Of a stretch of 64,000 bases of DNA, positions 38,390 to 50,359 are shown one piece after another. Numbering within the stretch: position 1 is the stretch's first letter; each line of letters starts with the position of its first letter. The notes below the pieces were generated by a model. That model was not told the origin of the DNA, did no database searches, and was given only the letters and a program-made list of their open reading frames with translations. Source of the stretch: Chiloscyllium plagiosum (Eukaryota). The translations under genes were made by a program, and so were the position numbers. The stretch spans positions 69,990,632 to 70,054,631 of the forward strand of contig NC_057711.1 of NCBI RefSeq assembly GCF_004010195.1, written 5' to 3'.

Positions 38390-41300
38390 AGTAAGTAGAG
38401 ATGCAGTGCCAGGCAATGTGTTGTATCTGCATGATGTAGAAGAGGGTGGACCCCATTGTGGATTCTGGTAACCACACTGATAGCCAGTGTTGATTGCTTG
38501 AGGAAATCCTGCTCAGAGTTAATCAGCTGGAGTCTGAGCTTCAAACACATCATGGAGAGTTACCTGGATGCTGTGTTTCAGGAGGCAGTCACATTTCTTA
38601 GATTAACTACATTGAACTCAGTCAGGGGCAGGAGAGTATGACAATGAGCTTGGCAGGTAGAGGGTTCCAGGAGGTAGTACTGAAGGTGCCTTAGCTCTTG
38701 AGCTTGTCTAAGAGGTTTGAGTTTTCTGCTCCCTGTGTGGATGAGAGCAGGGGCTGTAGGACAAACAACAAACTGACCATAGCACAATGGTACAGGGACC
38801 CATTCAAGAAGGGGGAGAATAGAGAAATATAGTTTTAATCGGGGTAGCATAGAATAATAGACATTGTTCTTTGTGGCCAGGATTGAGAGTTCCAAAGGCT
38901 ATGTAGCTTGCCTGGTGCCTGGATTCGGGATATCTCATCTGGGTTCCAGAGGAACTTGGAATGGGATGGGGTTGGTTGGGAGTGGGGTTGGGGGAGATGC
39001 AGTTCTCATGGTCTACATAGGTACCAAAGCTAGAGGTACAAAGCGAAAAGAGGTTCTGCCGAGGGGATATGAGCATCTAGGGGCTAAATTAAAAAAGCAG
39101 AAACAAAAAGGTAATAATCTCAGGATTACTACTTAAACCAATTGGTGCCGGATCACCAAAATTAAAGAGGTATACACATGGCTCACAGATGACGGGGAAA
39201 AATGGATTTGCATTCATGAGACATTGGCACCAATACTGGGGAAGGAGGGAGCTGTTTGATGGGACACATCATAATTACATTGGGACCAGAGTCCTGGTGG
39301 ATCATATAATTTGGGCTGTAGATAGAGCTTTAAACTACTTAGTTGGCTGGAGATTGTGGGATTCAGTTGCATGGAAATTTATGACAAAGTTAAGCGGGTA
39401 GAAGGGCTCAGGAGAGGTTGTTAAAGTTTCCAGAACAAGTAATAGGACAGAAAGAATGTAAAAGATCAGGAATTTGACTTCAGGCACAGCATTTTAGGGA
39501 CAACCATAAGAAGTTGGGAGAGGCCAAGTAAAACTGAGGGTGTTATACTTCAATGCAGGCAATATAAGAAACAAGGTCAATGAGCTTGTAGCATTGATTG
39601 AAACTGGTGGGGACAATGTTGTGGGCATTACAAAATGTGGCTACGAGGAGATCAGGGCTGGGAACTAAATATCCAAGGATACACCGTCCTATCAAAAGGA
39701 CAGGCAGATGGGCAGAAGGGGTGCAGTTGTCTTCTTATTAAGAAATGAAATGAAATTGCTAGCAAGAAGTGGTATGGTCAGAAGGTGTGGAATCTCTGTG
39801 GGTAAGTGTTGAGGAAATGTAAAGGAAAAAAATACTCTCATGTGAATTATGTCCAGGCCTTCTAACAGCAGTCAGAAAATCAGACAGAAAATAAATCAGA
39901 AGATAGAAAAGACACATAAGAAAGATACTATTACAATAATTATTGGGGACTTCAATATGTAGGTGGACTATAAAATCTGGTTGGTAGTGCATCTTAAAAG
40001 ACAAATTTGTGGAATGTTTGTGATATGGTTTTGTTGGAGCAGCTTGTGGCAAAGCCCACTAGAGAACAAGCAATTCTGGATCTGGTAATGTGTACTAAGA
40101 CAGACGTGACCAGGGAGCTTAAGGGTAAGGAACCCCAAGGGAGCAATGACCATTATATGACAGAATTCACCCTGAAGTTTGAGGAAGAGAAGCTGGAATC
40201 AGATGTAACGGTAAGACAGTTGAGTAAAGATAACAACAGAGACATGAGGGAGAAGCTGGCCAGAGTTGATTGGAAGGGGAGCCTTGCAGGGAAGACATGG
40301 AGCAGCAATGGCAGGGGTTTCTGGGGATAATTTGGGAGGCACAGCAAGGAAGAAGCAACATACTAAGGGGTGAATGAGGCAATCATGGCTGACAAGAGAA
40401 GCTAGGGACAGCATAAAAGCAAAAGAAAAAAACATGCAATGTAGTGACGATCAATGAGAAACCAAAGGATTGGATGCCTTTAAAACCCAGCAAAGGAGAA
40501 CTAAATAAACAAAGGGCTTGGGGGCATGATGAAATATGAGAGTAAGCTAGCTAAGGATATCAAAGAAAATTGCAAGGTGTTATTTAGGTATATAAAAAGT
40601 GAGAGAAAAGCAAGAATGGACATTGACAATTGACAAATGAGGCTGAAGAAGTAGTAGTGGGGAACATAAAAATGGCAGAGAAATGGAATAGGCACTTTGC
40701 AACAGTCTTCACAGTGGACAGCACCAGCAGCATACCAGAACTTCGAGAGGGTCAGGGACAGAGGTGAGTGTAGTGAGCGTCACTAAGGAGAAGGTGCTGG
40801 GGAAGCTGAAAGGTCTGAGGGTGGATAAATCACCTGGACCTGATAGACTACACCCCAATGTTCTGAAAGAGATGGCTGAGGAGATTGTGGAGGCATTGGT
40901 GGTGATCCTTCAGTCAAGGAATGTACCAGAGGAGTGAAAAATGCTAATGTGATACCCTGTTTAAGAAGGGAGGGTGGCAGAAGTCAGGAAATTATAAGCT
41001 GGTTTGACTGACCTTAGTTATTAGCAACATTTTGGAGTCTGTTATTAAGATGAGATTGTGATGTATTTGGAAGTATATGGTCAAGTAGGGCTGAGTCAGC
41101 GTAGCTTCATCAAGGGGAGGTCATGCTTGACAAATCTGTTAGAATTCTTTGAGGAGGTAACGAGCCCGCAGACAGGATCTATTTAAATTTCTAGAATGCC
41201 TTTGACAAAGTGCCATACCGGAAGCTGCTGAATAAAATGAGAGCCCATGGAGTTAGAGGCAAGGTCCTGGCATGGATAGAGCATTAGCTGACTGGCAGAA

Positions 41301-42315
41301 AGCAGAGAGAGGGTTGAAAGGAGTCTTTTTTAAGATGGCAGCCAGTGACTAGTGGAGTTCCTCAGGGGTCAGTGTTGGGACCACAACCGTTTACATTATA
41401 CATTAATGATCTGGACGTAGGAACCGAGGGCATTGATGATAAGTTTGCAGATGACACAAAGATAGGTGATGGAGCAGGTAATGTTAAGGAGACAGAGAGG
41501 CCGCAGAAGGACTTGGAGAGGCTAGGATAGTGGGCAAAGAACCGGCAGATGGAATACAATGTGAGAAAGTCTGTGGTTACACACTTTGGTCAGAAGAAAC
41601 GAGGCATAGTCTATTTTCTAAATGGGGGAAGGCTTTGGAAATCTGAAACACAAAGGATATTGGGAATCCTCATTCAGGATTCTCTTAAGATTAACAGACA
41701 GGTTCAGTTGGCAATTAGAAAGGCAAATGCAATGTCAGCATTCACTTCAAGACAGCTAGAAGACAAGAGCAGGGATGTACTGCTGAGGCTGTATAAGGCT
41801 CTGGTCAGACAGCATTTGGAATACTGTGATCATTTTTGGGCCTTACATGTAAGGGTCCAGAAGAAATTAACAAGAATGATTCCGAGGATAAAGAGCACGT
41901 CATAGAGAAGTGGTTGAGGACTCTGGGTCTGTACTCAGTGGAGTTTAGAAGGAAGAGGGAGGATCTGATCAAAACTTATGGAATACTGAGATGCCTGGGT
42001 AGAGTGGATATGGAGAATTTTTTTCCACTAGTAGAAAGTCAAGGACCCAAAGGGAACCACCTTAGAGTGAAGGGACAACTCTTTCGAACTGAGATATGGA
42101 GGAATTTCTGCAGTCGGAGTCTGTGGAATTCATTGCCACAGAAGGTTGTGGATGCAAAGCCATGAGTGTACTTCAAACAGAGAGAGATAGATTCTTGGTT
42201 AGGAAGGGGATCTAACGTAACTAGGAGAAGGCAGGAGACTGGGGTTGTATTGATTGAACGGTGGTGCAGACTTGATGGGATAAATAGTCTAATTCTGCTT
42301 CCATCACTTATAGTC
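38390..42315 (+). mobile_element. Near-full-length degenerate CR1 (HER1-like) LINE: ORF1 with SGNH esterase remnants; ORF2 APE endonuclease plus reverse transcriptase
   Basis: ORF1: VLMVYIGTK (~39002) and DGTHHN (~39258). ORF2: KLRVLYFNAGNIRNKVNEL (39531), IIIGDFN (~39937), KSPGPD (~40827), TSGVPQGSVLGP (41348), KFADDTK (~41440), LYKALVRQHLEYC, LWNSLPQKVV. Many stops and frameshifts. Confidence 0.92.
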
Positions 42316-43692
42316 GAATAGTATATTTTGACCAACCTGCAGCATCAGCGACTAGGAGTAGAGATTTGCAGATCCTTCAAGCTGGGATAAAATTCTAACA
42401 GTAAAGTTAGAATGTAAACATGGCTAAAGGTTACAGACCTGTGTTGAGGCAGTGAAGACTCATTCCCTGTCTCTCTCCCCGTAAAAAAAAGAGAGCCTGC
42501 TGTTTTGAGCTTTTAAATGAAAAGAACCCCTTAATGGTCCTCAGTGCATAGCCAAAAGGCTCAAATGAAAGAAAATAATAGAAATACATTTAAAAATTAC
42601 TTGCACATGGTTTTATACACTACTAAGCCTTATTTGTGTCCAATGATCCATCCACTTTGCCATTTTGTTTCTTCAAATTGGTGCAAAGGTAGAGGGAACA
42701 CCATGTATTATCATTACCTCTTGTTTGGTGCAAATACCTTCGCGTGACTGAAATTTGCACCTGCATGGTTACAATTTTTGAACTACAAGGCTGTAGTTTA
42801 AAATAGCTCTCTAAAAATGACCAAGGCCAGAAAGGTACAGGAACAATTCAAAATTAAGGGAAACAGAGGCACTAAAGGGAAACATAAATTGAGCTGGAAG
42901 CAAAGTCAGTGGAACAAATAAACAAACACAACACTGTACCCTACTTCTCTTAAAAAAGAACCTTCAGTTAGAAATGGGAGGCAAACACTTCATTAGAGAC
43001 TTAGCAGCCTATTATACTTCCACTGAGTTGCAAATGTGCAAATAATGCATACAGTTTTATTCTACAGAATAAACCATACATGATACATAGAATAGAACGC
43101 TGAAAATTTTGCTTCTCATTAGTAGGAAAGGTTTACACAGAATTAATACTTCTGTTTGTTCTGGATAATTGGAAAGATAAAGAAGAGAGCTTGCAAGAGA
43201 CTCAAAAGGCCAGCTCAAGGCTTAACTTCAGGATTGACAGACTTCAATTCTTGGCATACAGTCAGCAATCCCAAGAGTTTATTGAGCAGCTTGTTGGAAG
43301 ATGCTGCAATTGATTTAATCAATATAATTATTATACTATCATAAAATGTGACCTGAGGGTAGTAAGGTCTTAGATGCTATCTTGAAGTCACTTGAAGCTG
43401 ATTTAAGCAGACTGTTGTTTCTAGCCAAATAGCTAAGTATTAGCCCACTCATTGAAATACCTGTGAATACAATAATTGTACATGTTATTGACCTGTTATA
43501 TATATTTATGGATCTTTAATACCACATTACCTGTATCTAGATCTGGATGTTATCAGAAATAACATAATCACTGCTGCATCATTCCTAATGTAAGTGCATG
43601 CCTTTGTTTCTTTTATCAGTCTTACATAGGAGCAAGTGTAGGCCAATAAATTCTCCAAGAAAATTTTTAACTAAACAATTAGATTGCTTGTA

Positions 43693-44056
43693 CAAAGTTA
43701 AAAATCACACAATACCAGGTTATAGTCTAACAGGTTTAATTGGAAGAACTAGCTTTCAGAGCGCCGTTTCTTCATCAGGTGGGTGTGGAGGACACAATTG
43801 TAAGACAGAATTTATAGCACAAGTTAACAGTGTGATGTAACTGAAATTATACATTGAAAAATACTTTGATTGTTTGTTGAGTCTTGTAAACTTTTGCTAT
43901 AAATTCTGTTCTTACAATTGTGTCCTCCACACCCACCTGATGAAGGAGCGGTGCTCCGAAAGCTAGTGCTTCCAATTAAACCTGTTGGACTATAACCTGG
44001 TGTTGTGCGATTTTTATCTTTGTACACCCCAGTCCAACACCGGCATCTCTAAATCA
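43693..44056. mobile_element. Fold-back PLE-derived element (AGCU-type hammerhead family) with 12-bp target-site duplication
   Basis: Arms ~43690-43829 and ~43886-44025 are reverse complements. agattgcttgta occurs at 43681-43692 and 44057-44068. Confidence 0.88.
43934..43968 (+). ncRNA. Minimal hammerhead ribozyme motif, intact core
   Basis: CAC-CUGAUGA-A-GGAGC-GGU-GCUCC-GAAA-GC-UA-GUG. Stem I CAC/GUG; perfect 5-bp stem II; palindromic AGCU stem III; NUH triplet CUA, with predicted cleavage after 43965. Confidence 0.8.
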
Positions 44057-44404
44057 AGATTGCTTGTATGCAGGCTTAAATATCAATTTTATTCAACTCA
44101 ACTTTATTCTATATCTCTGGATACCCTCACCTCAAAAAATGTGTGTGCTTAAATTTTGAAAATGCAAATCAAGCCATTTGTGCCAAAATGAGTTCCAGAC
44201 TTCTACTGCCACTGCCACTCCTAAATGACTGACCTTGGAGCCTCCTTAGCTTTGGTATGCAGAATCAGCCGTCTCCTTCAGCAACTCTTCCACTTCCAAT
44301 TTGAGCACTTGCAGTGAATTTTCACCCACTACATGAAATAGAAACCTACTCTAAAAATAAGTAATCTTCAGGAATATAAAAACCTCAGACCTGACAGCTG
44401 TAAA

Positions 44405-44508
44405 TGAGGAACAAAACCAAAAGTTGCTGGAAAAACTCAGCAGGTTTGGCAGCATCAGTGAAGAAAAATCAGAGTTAATGTTTCGAATCCAGTGACGCTT
44501 CCACAGAA
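44405..44508 (-). mobile_element. PLE-derived short element with degenerate hammerhead
   Basis: Minus strand ttctgtggaagcgtcactggattcgaaacattaac followed by ctgatgctgccaaacctgctgagtttttccagcaac. Confidence 0.65.
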
Positions 44509-44544
44509 TGGAGGAAGGATTTGTGCAGAGAAATGGATTTGTGT

Positions 44545-44960
44545 GGTGACTGTGCCAATTAGGTCTGTTTTCTCTGGAACTTAGAGATTTAAGGGGTCGT
44601 CTAGTCAAAATCTTCAAGATATTACCAGGAAAACACAGGGCAAATAAAGATGAACTATTTCCACTGGTTGGCAATTCTAGAGCTATGGGGCATAGTTTGA
44701 GAATTAGTGCCAGGCTGTTCAGGAGAGTTGTTTGGAACATTTTTACACACAATGGTTGGTACAGGCTAGAACTCTCTTTCACAAATGGCAGTGGATGCTG
44801 GATCAGTTGTTACCTTTAAATCTGAGATAGATAAATTTTGCTCGGTGCAGGTACTAAGTAATAGGGACCAAAGGCAGGTAAACACAGTCTGACCACAGGT
44901 CAGCCATGATCTCACTGAACAGGTTCAAGGGGCTGAATGGTCTACTCCTGTTCCTACTCC
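44545..44960 (+). mobile_element. CR1 LINE 3' fragment
   Basis: ggtctgttttctctggaacttagagatttaaggggtc...cagccatgatctcactgaacaggttcaaggggctgaatggtctactcctgttcct. Confidence 0.78.
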
Positions 44961-44977
44961 AGTTTTTACCAATAGGC

Positions 44978-45105
44978 CTCCCTACCTTTTGTTTTAGCCT
45001 GCTTGGCACACTTTCCTCATTCCTGAAGAAGGGCTCATGCCCGAAACGTCGATTCTGTTGGATGCTGCCTGACCTGCAGCGCTTTTCCAGCAACACATTT
45101 TCAAC
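44978..45105 (+). mobile_element. PLE-derived terminal-repeat fragment (ACGU-type hammerhead family)
   Basis: tttcctcattcctgaagaagggctcatgcccgaaacgtcgattc...ggatgctgcctgacctgc.gcgcttttccagcaacac; same family as the 28459 and 48870 elements. Confidence 0.82.
45019..45054 (+). ncRNA. Minimal hammerhead ribozyme motif, intact core
   Basis: AUUC-CUGAAGA-A-GGGC-UCAU-GCCC-GAAA-CG-UC-GAUU. 4-bp stem II; ACGU stem III; GUC triplet with predicted cleavage after 45050; stem I is weak (UC/GA plus A-U). Confidence 0.78.
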
Positions 45106-47809
45106 AATTATTAAAGTAGTTAACCTATTTGCATAAGCTGTTGTAATTACTAGCAGGAAATTGCATTATTAATGCCAAACTCATACTCATAATCTGTACC
45201 AATGGATTGAAAATAAACAAGCAAAAATAAAACGGTAGGATTGCAAGGTCTGTTTCCATGCTGTATGACTCTATCTGCCCGACTGTTTATATTGACAGTG
45301 CAGTCATGTGAGTATAGATTGCTTTCAATATATGATTAGTTTGATGTACACTTTTACAATCTGCTGGGAGCTTTTGTTTGGAGTGCATGTGCAGTTGCAA
45401 TCACAAGAAACTCCTTACATTGGAAACCTGGAACCAACTAATGCATACAGCATCCAAATTGTAATCTGAGAATGCTGCTGCTAAAATGAATTATTTCATT
45501 CCAATAATGCACAAAAATAAAGAGTGCAATGTCATAAAAATACGTTTATAAAATGTTAAATCACAGTTTCAAAGACAGTAAAAGCTATAGACTGTAAGGC
45601 AGAATATTTTTTACAAGGCATTTTCTGATGCTGTTCATAATTTGATTCTAATTATAGTTATGTATTTTCTTAGTGCACATAAACTGTATTTATATTCAGA
45701 CTATATTCCTCACAGGCTTATTGGCAAACACATTGGCCTTTGTGAAGACGAACATTAAAATCCAGAAGCTCCCAGATTTGATCTTTGGTTTAAAATTCTT
45801 TCAGCTAATGTGGTGTAGGACTAGGTCTTCGTTCCCCTGGTTAGTGAGGGAACAATTTATTGGAGTTCGTATTGCTATTTCCTATCAGTAATATCTGTTT
45901 GAAGTTATGAATCTGGCGATCAGTGGTAAGAGTGGGTTTCATCAACAGTTACATACTCCCTCCAAATCACCAGGACACATTTTAACCTTCATTGCCCATA
46001 GTGAATTCAGAATTCCAATTTGGCTGACTGTTATCCATTCTGCTCAATTCCATTGACTTCAATGGATGTGAATATGGCAGAGGGTATATTGTGGGTAGCT
46101 GAACCAAAATAATATGATCACACTTGGTGGTGCAAATTAAAACCAGCTACCCTGACGAGATGCACATGCGAACAATGCAGACTTTCACAAGGTGCAAAGA
46201 GACAATTGAAACTGCACAATAATTGGAGTCACTGCTTTCAGGTGGTGATGCAGAAAACGTCAGTGGAGAAACCAACAAAAACAAAGTTTCTGCGAAATTT
46301 GAACAGTTAATTAAGATTGTTGTCCTGCTTGTGAAACATTAATGGCGCCATAGTTGATTTGTTTGTGTTTTCTTTGCTATAGTTGATACACATATACATT
46401 TCATTGTAATCATAATTTTGCTTTTTATGGGTACATTTTGTTATAAATCTGATATGAGCATTACAAATCCCAAACTGAAAATCTAATCATAAAAAGAAAA
46501 GATACTGCAAATGATGCTTTCACTGGTGTTTGGGTTTTATAATATGTGAATAATTAAATGTGTTTGTTGTCTTTGTTCAGATAGTTCAAAGGGTATTATA
46601 ATCTTCAAAGCATTAGGAACTCAATGAGATTATGTCCACTTTGCTGTTGTTAGCTTTTGATTATTGCAAGTATTGCAATCCTATGTTTTACCATGAGTAG
46701 AATACACAATAAAGATACAATTTAATGGAAAAGCTCAGCTCCTGTTTTTGTTGGCCTAGGCCTTTACCATGTAAAACTGAGAGAAAGTCATGATTTATTT
46801 CACAGATTTGTAGTCACCATTCCACAGGGTAATGGGTAATTTATGGAACTTTAGGGAATGATATTCCTGAAGTCAGTTATTTCACTATAAAAAGCTTCCT
46901 ACACTAAAACAAATACATTATGACTAATACATATTGTGTTATACAGATAATTTGAAGAGAACCTCTTTGATCAGTTGTCAACAATTATATTGTCCTTTAC
47001 AACATAATGAACACTAAAAGAGGAGAAGAAACAGACACCATTAAAAACTTTACCAGTCACTGTGTAAAACATGTAGTGTGCTGGTTTCAGTACTTATGAA
47101 CCACATATTTAAATAAGTGTGTCACACGATTAATGAAATAAAGTGTCCTAAAAAGAACTAAATGGGATGTGGTAGGGACTGAGTGTTTTTTTTTTGTGGA
47201 ACAATTTTTATGTGAAGCAAAGTGATGAATATTAATGCTGAGGATTAGAACATAAGAGCACGTTTTACAAATTTGTGAACCTGATGACAGCTTCACAAAC
47301 CTGAAGTGTACATCACAAAGTCATGTGATTTCTTCTGCAGAACATGCAAGGCCTTCAGTTGAGTAATTCTCAGATGGAAACTGTTTTGTGCTATCAACTT
47401 ATGATCATTTGGAGCTGAGCTAAGAGTCTCATTGCGCTTTGTCATGACTCTGATAGGAAAAATGCACTGGAGATCAAATGCATTATTCCTGAAACATGAC
47501 CAATTTAGTTGCAAAGATGGTTAATGTGATCATAATTTAAGGTAAAGGAAACTCTCACCAGCTTTCATTGTTACACAAAGGAATGAAAACTTGTTGATTG
47601 TTACAAATGTATCTTTTAACAAACGGCAAAAATTGATTATCAAATACTAATACAAACTTAATCTAAATCCCCTTTATATCGAAATGTGCCCACATTCATT
47701 AACAAATAGGATGGACAAGAGAGATGAAACAGATAGTTTTGTCAGATTATCATTGGCAGAAAATATAAGCACAAAGGAATGAAGTCTGTGAATTGAGAGT
47801 TCAAGGTAT

Positions 47810-48065
47810 GAGGAGAACTGAGGTGTTATTTCCAAATATGGATGGTGAGTGGCTTTGACAGGAACTTGCAGGCTGTGATAATTACATGCATCACTGCCTT
47901 TGTCCTTCTGGGTGGTGGCAAATGTGAGTTTGGAAGACACTGTTTGAAGTGCCTTGGTGAATTTATTCAGTGTATCTTGTAAATGGTACACACCGCTGCC
48001 AGTAATTGTTGATGATGGAGAGAGTGAATGGTTGTGAATATGGTGCTAATCAAGCAATTAATAAA
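47810..48065 (-). mobile_element. LINE fragment related to 24940-25440
   Basis: gaagtgccttggtgaatttattcagtgtatcttgtaaatggtacacaccgctgcca resembles ggagctctggtgagttactatagtgcatcttccatacagtgcacactgctgcca near 25025. Confidence 0.55.
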
Positions 48066-48869
48066 ATGTGGGCTGATTTCTGATGCTGGATCCTGTCAAC
48101 CTTCAATAAGCACTGGAGAAGGAGAAATCTGCTGTTGTAAGTATGGTAGCTTGAACGAAGCTAAATATAGAGGGACACATTTAGTACTTTCAACATTTTT
48201 CAAAAAGTAAAAATACCACAGCTATCAAATGACCCTCATGAAGGCAGAAACCCTCCAGAGTGGTTCTAGCTGCAGCTGTTGTCAATTTCTTGTACTGGCA
48301 TGTGGGGATGATACTTAAATCTTTCTGAGCACTGGTCTTTCAATGGGAGGCCACCTCATGTCTTCAGATGTGTTTTGGGTACCACAGTGAAAACATCCTA
48401 TTGGCATAGGAAAGAGGCCCAAGCAAACTCCTTAATGGCAGTCTACCTCAACGTGGGTGAATGGTCATCCTTCTTGCACCTCACCTGGGCTCATTGAAAA
48501 TGGTCAGGAGTCAGGTGTATATTAGTAACCAACATGCAGGGCAATTTGCAATATTCTTAGCCTGTCTGCCTCCATTTCTGCCTTCCCTTAATGATGAGAA
48601 TCCTGCAAAATGTTTCAAGTTGGTGACTTTCTGTTAAACCTCTCTCCACAGAGGCTGCTTGAGCTTTTGAGTATTTCCAGCATGTATATTTTTAACTTAG
48701 ATTCGTAGCATTCACAACATTTTACTTTCGTACTTTATGAAAGGATTGGCGTGATTGTTAATACTTTGAGATTTGATTGTAATAAAATCTAGGCTATTGA
48801 ACTGAAATCTTTTCACTCGAATTCTTTGCTCATCCAAAGTTCTAGGTAACTTGAGTCAATTCAACCTCA

Positions 48870-49046
48870 TCCAAGGAGCAGGAGAATCGACGTTTTGGGC
48901 ATAAGCCCTTCTTCTCATGCCTGAAGAAGGGCTTATGCCCAAAACATCGATTCTCTTGCTCCTCGGATGCTGCCTGGCCTGCTGTGTTTTTCCAGCATGA
49001 CATTTTTCAACTCTGGTCTTCAGCATCTGCAGTCCTCACTTTCCCC
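48870..49046. mobile_element. Partial fold-back PLE-derived element with imperfect 14-bp target-site duplication
   Basis: ccaaggagcaggagaatcgacgttttgggcataagcccttcttc pairs with gaagaagggcttatgcccaaaacatcgattctcttgctcctcgg. tcaattcaacctca at 48856-48869 versus tcaatacaatctca at 49047-49060. Confidence 0.82.
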
Positions 49047-49893
49047 TCAATACAATCTCAGTCTAGCTCTCAGGGTCACCGTACAATATTGCACCAATTT
49101 GTTATATATTGGTACTAAACTAACATGCTCACTTTGAGAGACCAGAACATTGGTGTGTGTAAAACGAAAGAAAACATACTTATCTGGGATGGAGGGGTTT
49201 TTTTCAAAGTTGTGACTAAGGCACATTGTTAGGCAGACTACATGGGTACCAATCAGTAATTAATTAACAGGCAGTGATCCACCCTCAGGCTCCAAATAAT
49301 GAAATATATAAATCTGTTGAGTATCACTTTTGTGGTTTATGTCAAAACACCTCAATTGGATTACTGTCTTGTAATTGACTGAGTGGTATCCAGTATTCTC
49401 TGTCATTACCTCATACAAGTCAAATACAATATTCTAAACACCAAAGGCATAAAATTGCTGCTGTCAATAACATAAAAAATGCCAAAAGCTATTTTTCAAT
49501 TTGTACTTGTGTCCATCTTTTGAATGAGACTAATAGCAGGAATTTCATTCCAAAGACTTTAAAAGGGAAAATGCTACAAACAAATCTGTTTGACAGAGAC
49601 AGTCACAACACTGCCAGTTATCATAAGCAAAATGGGTTAATCAGTTTTGATAAGGTATTGTTAAATATTTCTATTGTTTCTCTCAAACATTGGCAATAGC
49701 TTACTCCTGCATCTAACAATGTTACTTTGTCATCAGATAATAAGGAAAATCCATGAGTAACACAAATTCATTCTTTCCTCAAATATTCTCTCCTTCCCTC
49801 AGAGACCGCACTCTTTCTTGGCACCTAATCAGACAGCATTAGCTAAGATTGCCACCCCCTTGTTTGAATCATGAGTCTGTGTCCTATCATTTT

Positions 49894-50180
49894 ATAGAAT
49901 TCCTGCACAAGCCATTCAGCCCATCAAGTTCCACTGACCCTCTGAAGAGCATCCCACCTGGACGCAACCCCTACCCTATCCCTGTAAACCTGCACTTCTC
50001 ATGACTAATCCACCTAACCTGCACATCCTTAGACTGTGGGAGGAAACCAGAGCACCTGGAGGAACCTACATGGACATAGGGAGAATGTGCAAACTCCACA
50101 CAGAAAGTCATCCAAGGGTGAACACGGGTCCCTGGCATTGTGAGGCAGCAGTGCTAACTACTGAGTTGCCATGCTGCTCC
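49894..50180 (-). mobile_element. Older HE1/V-SINE copy, minus strand
   Basis: acctaacctgcacatccttagactgtgggaggaaaccagagcacctggagga...gagaatgtgcaaactccacacag...gtgaggcagcagtgctaac. Confidence 0.85.
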
Positions 50181-50359
50181 GAACATGTTATGCTAGGACA
50201 TATTTGTTGAACTCATATGCGACTGGGATTAAAAACATTGTTCTGAATTTTAAAACAACAGAGTTTTAGATTATTTCAAAATTGCAGAAGGCAGAGTTTG
50301 GGAGGTCAGTCAGTTGTCAATTTGGACAGTCAAGTCTGGGGGTAAACAAAGCATGGCTG

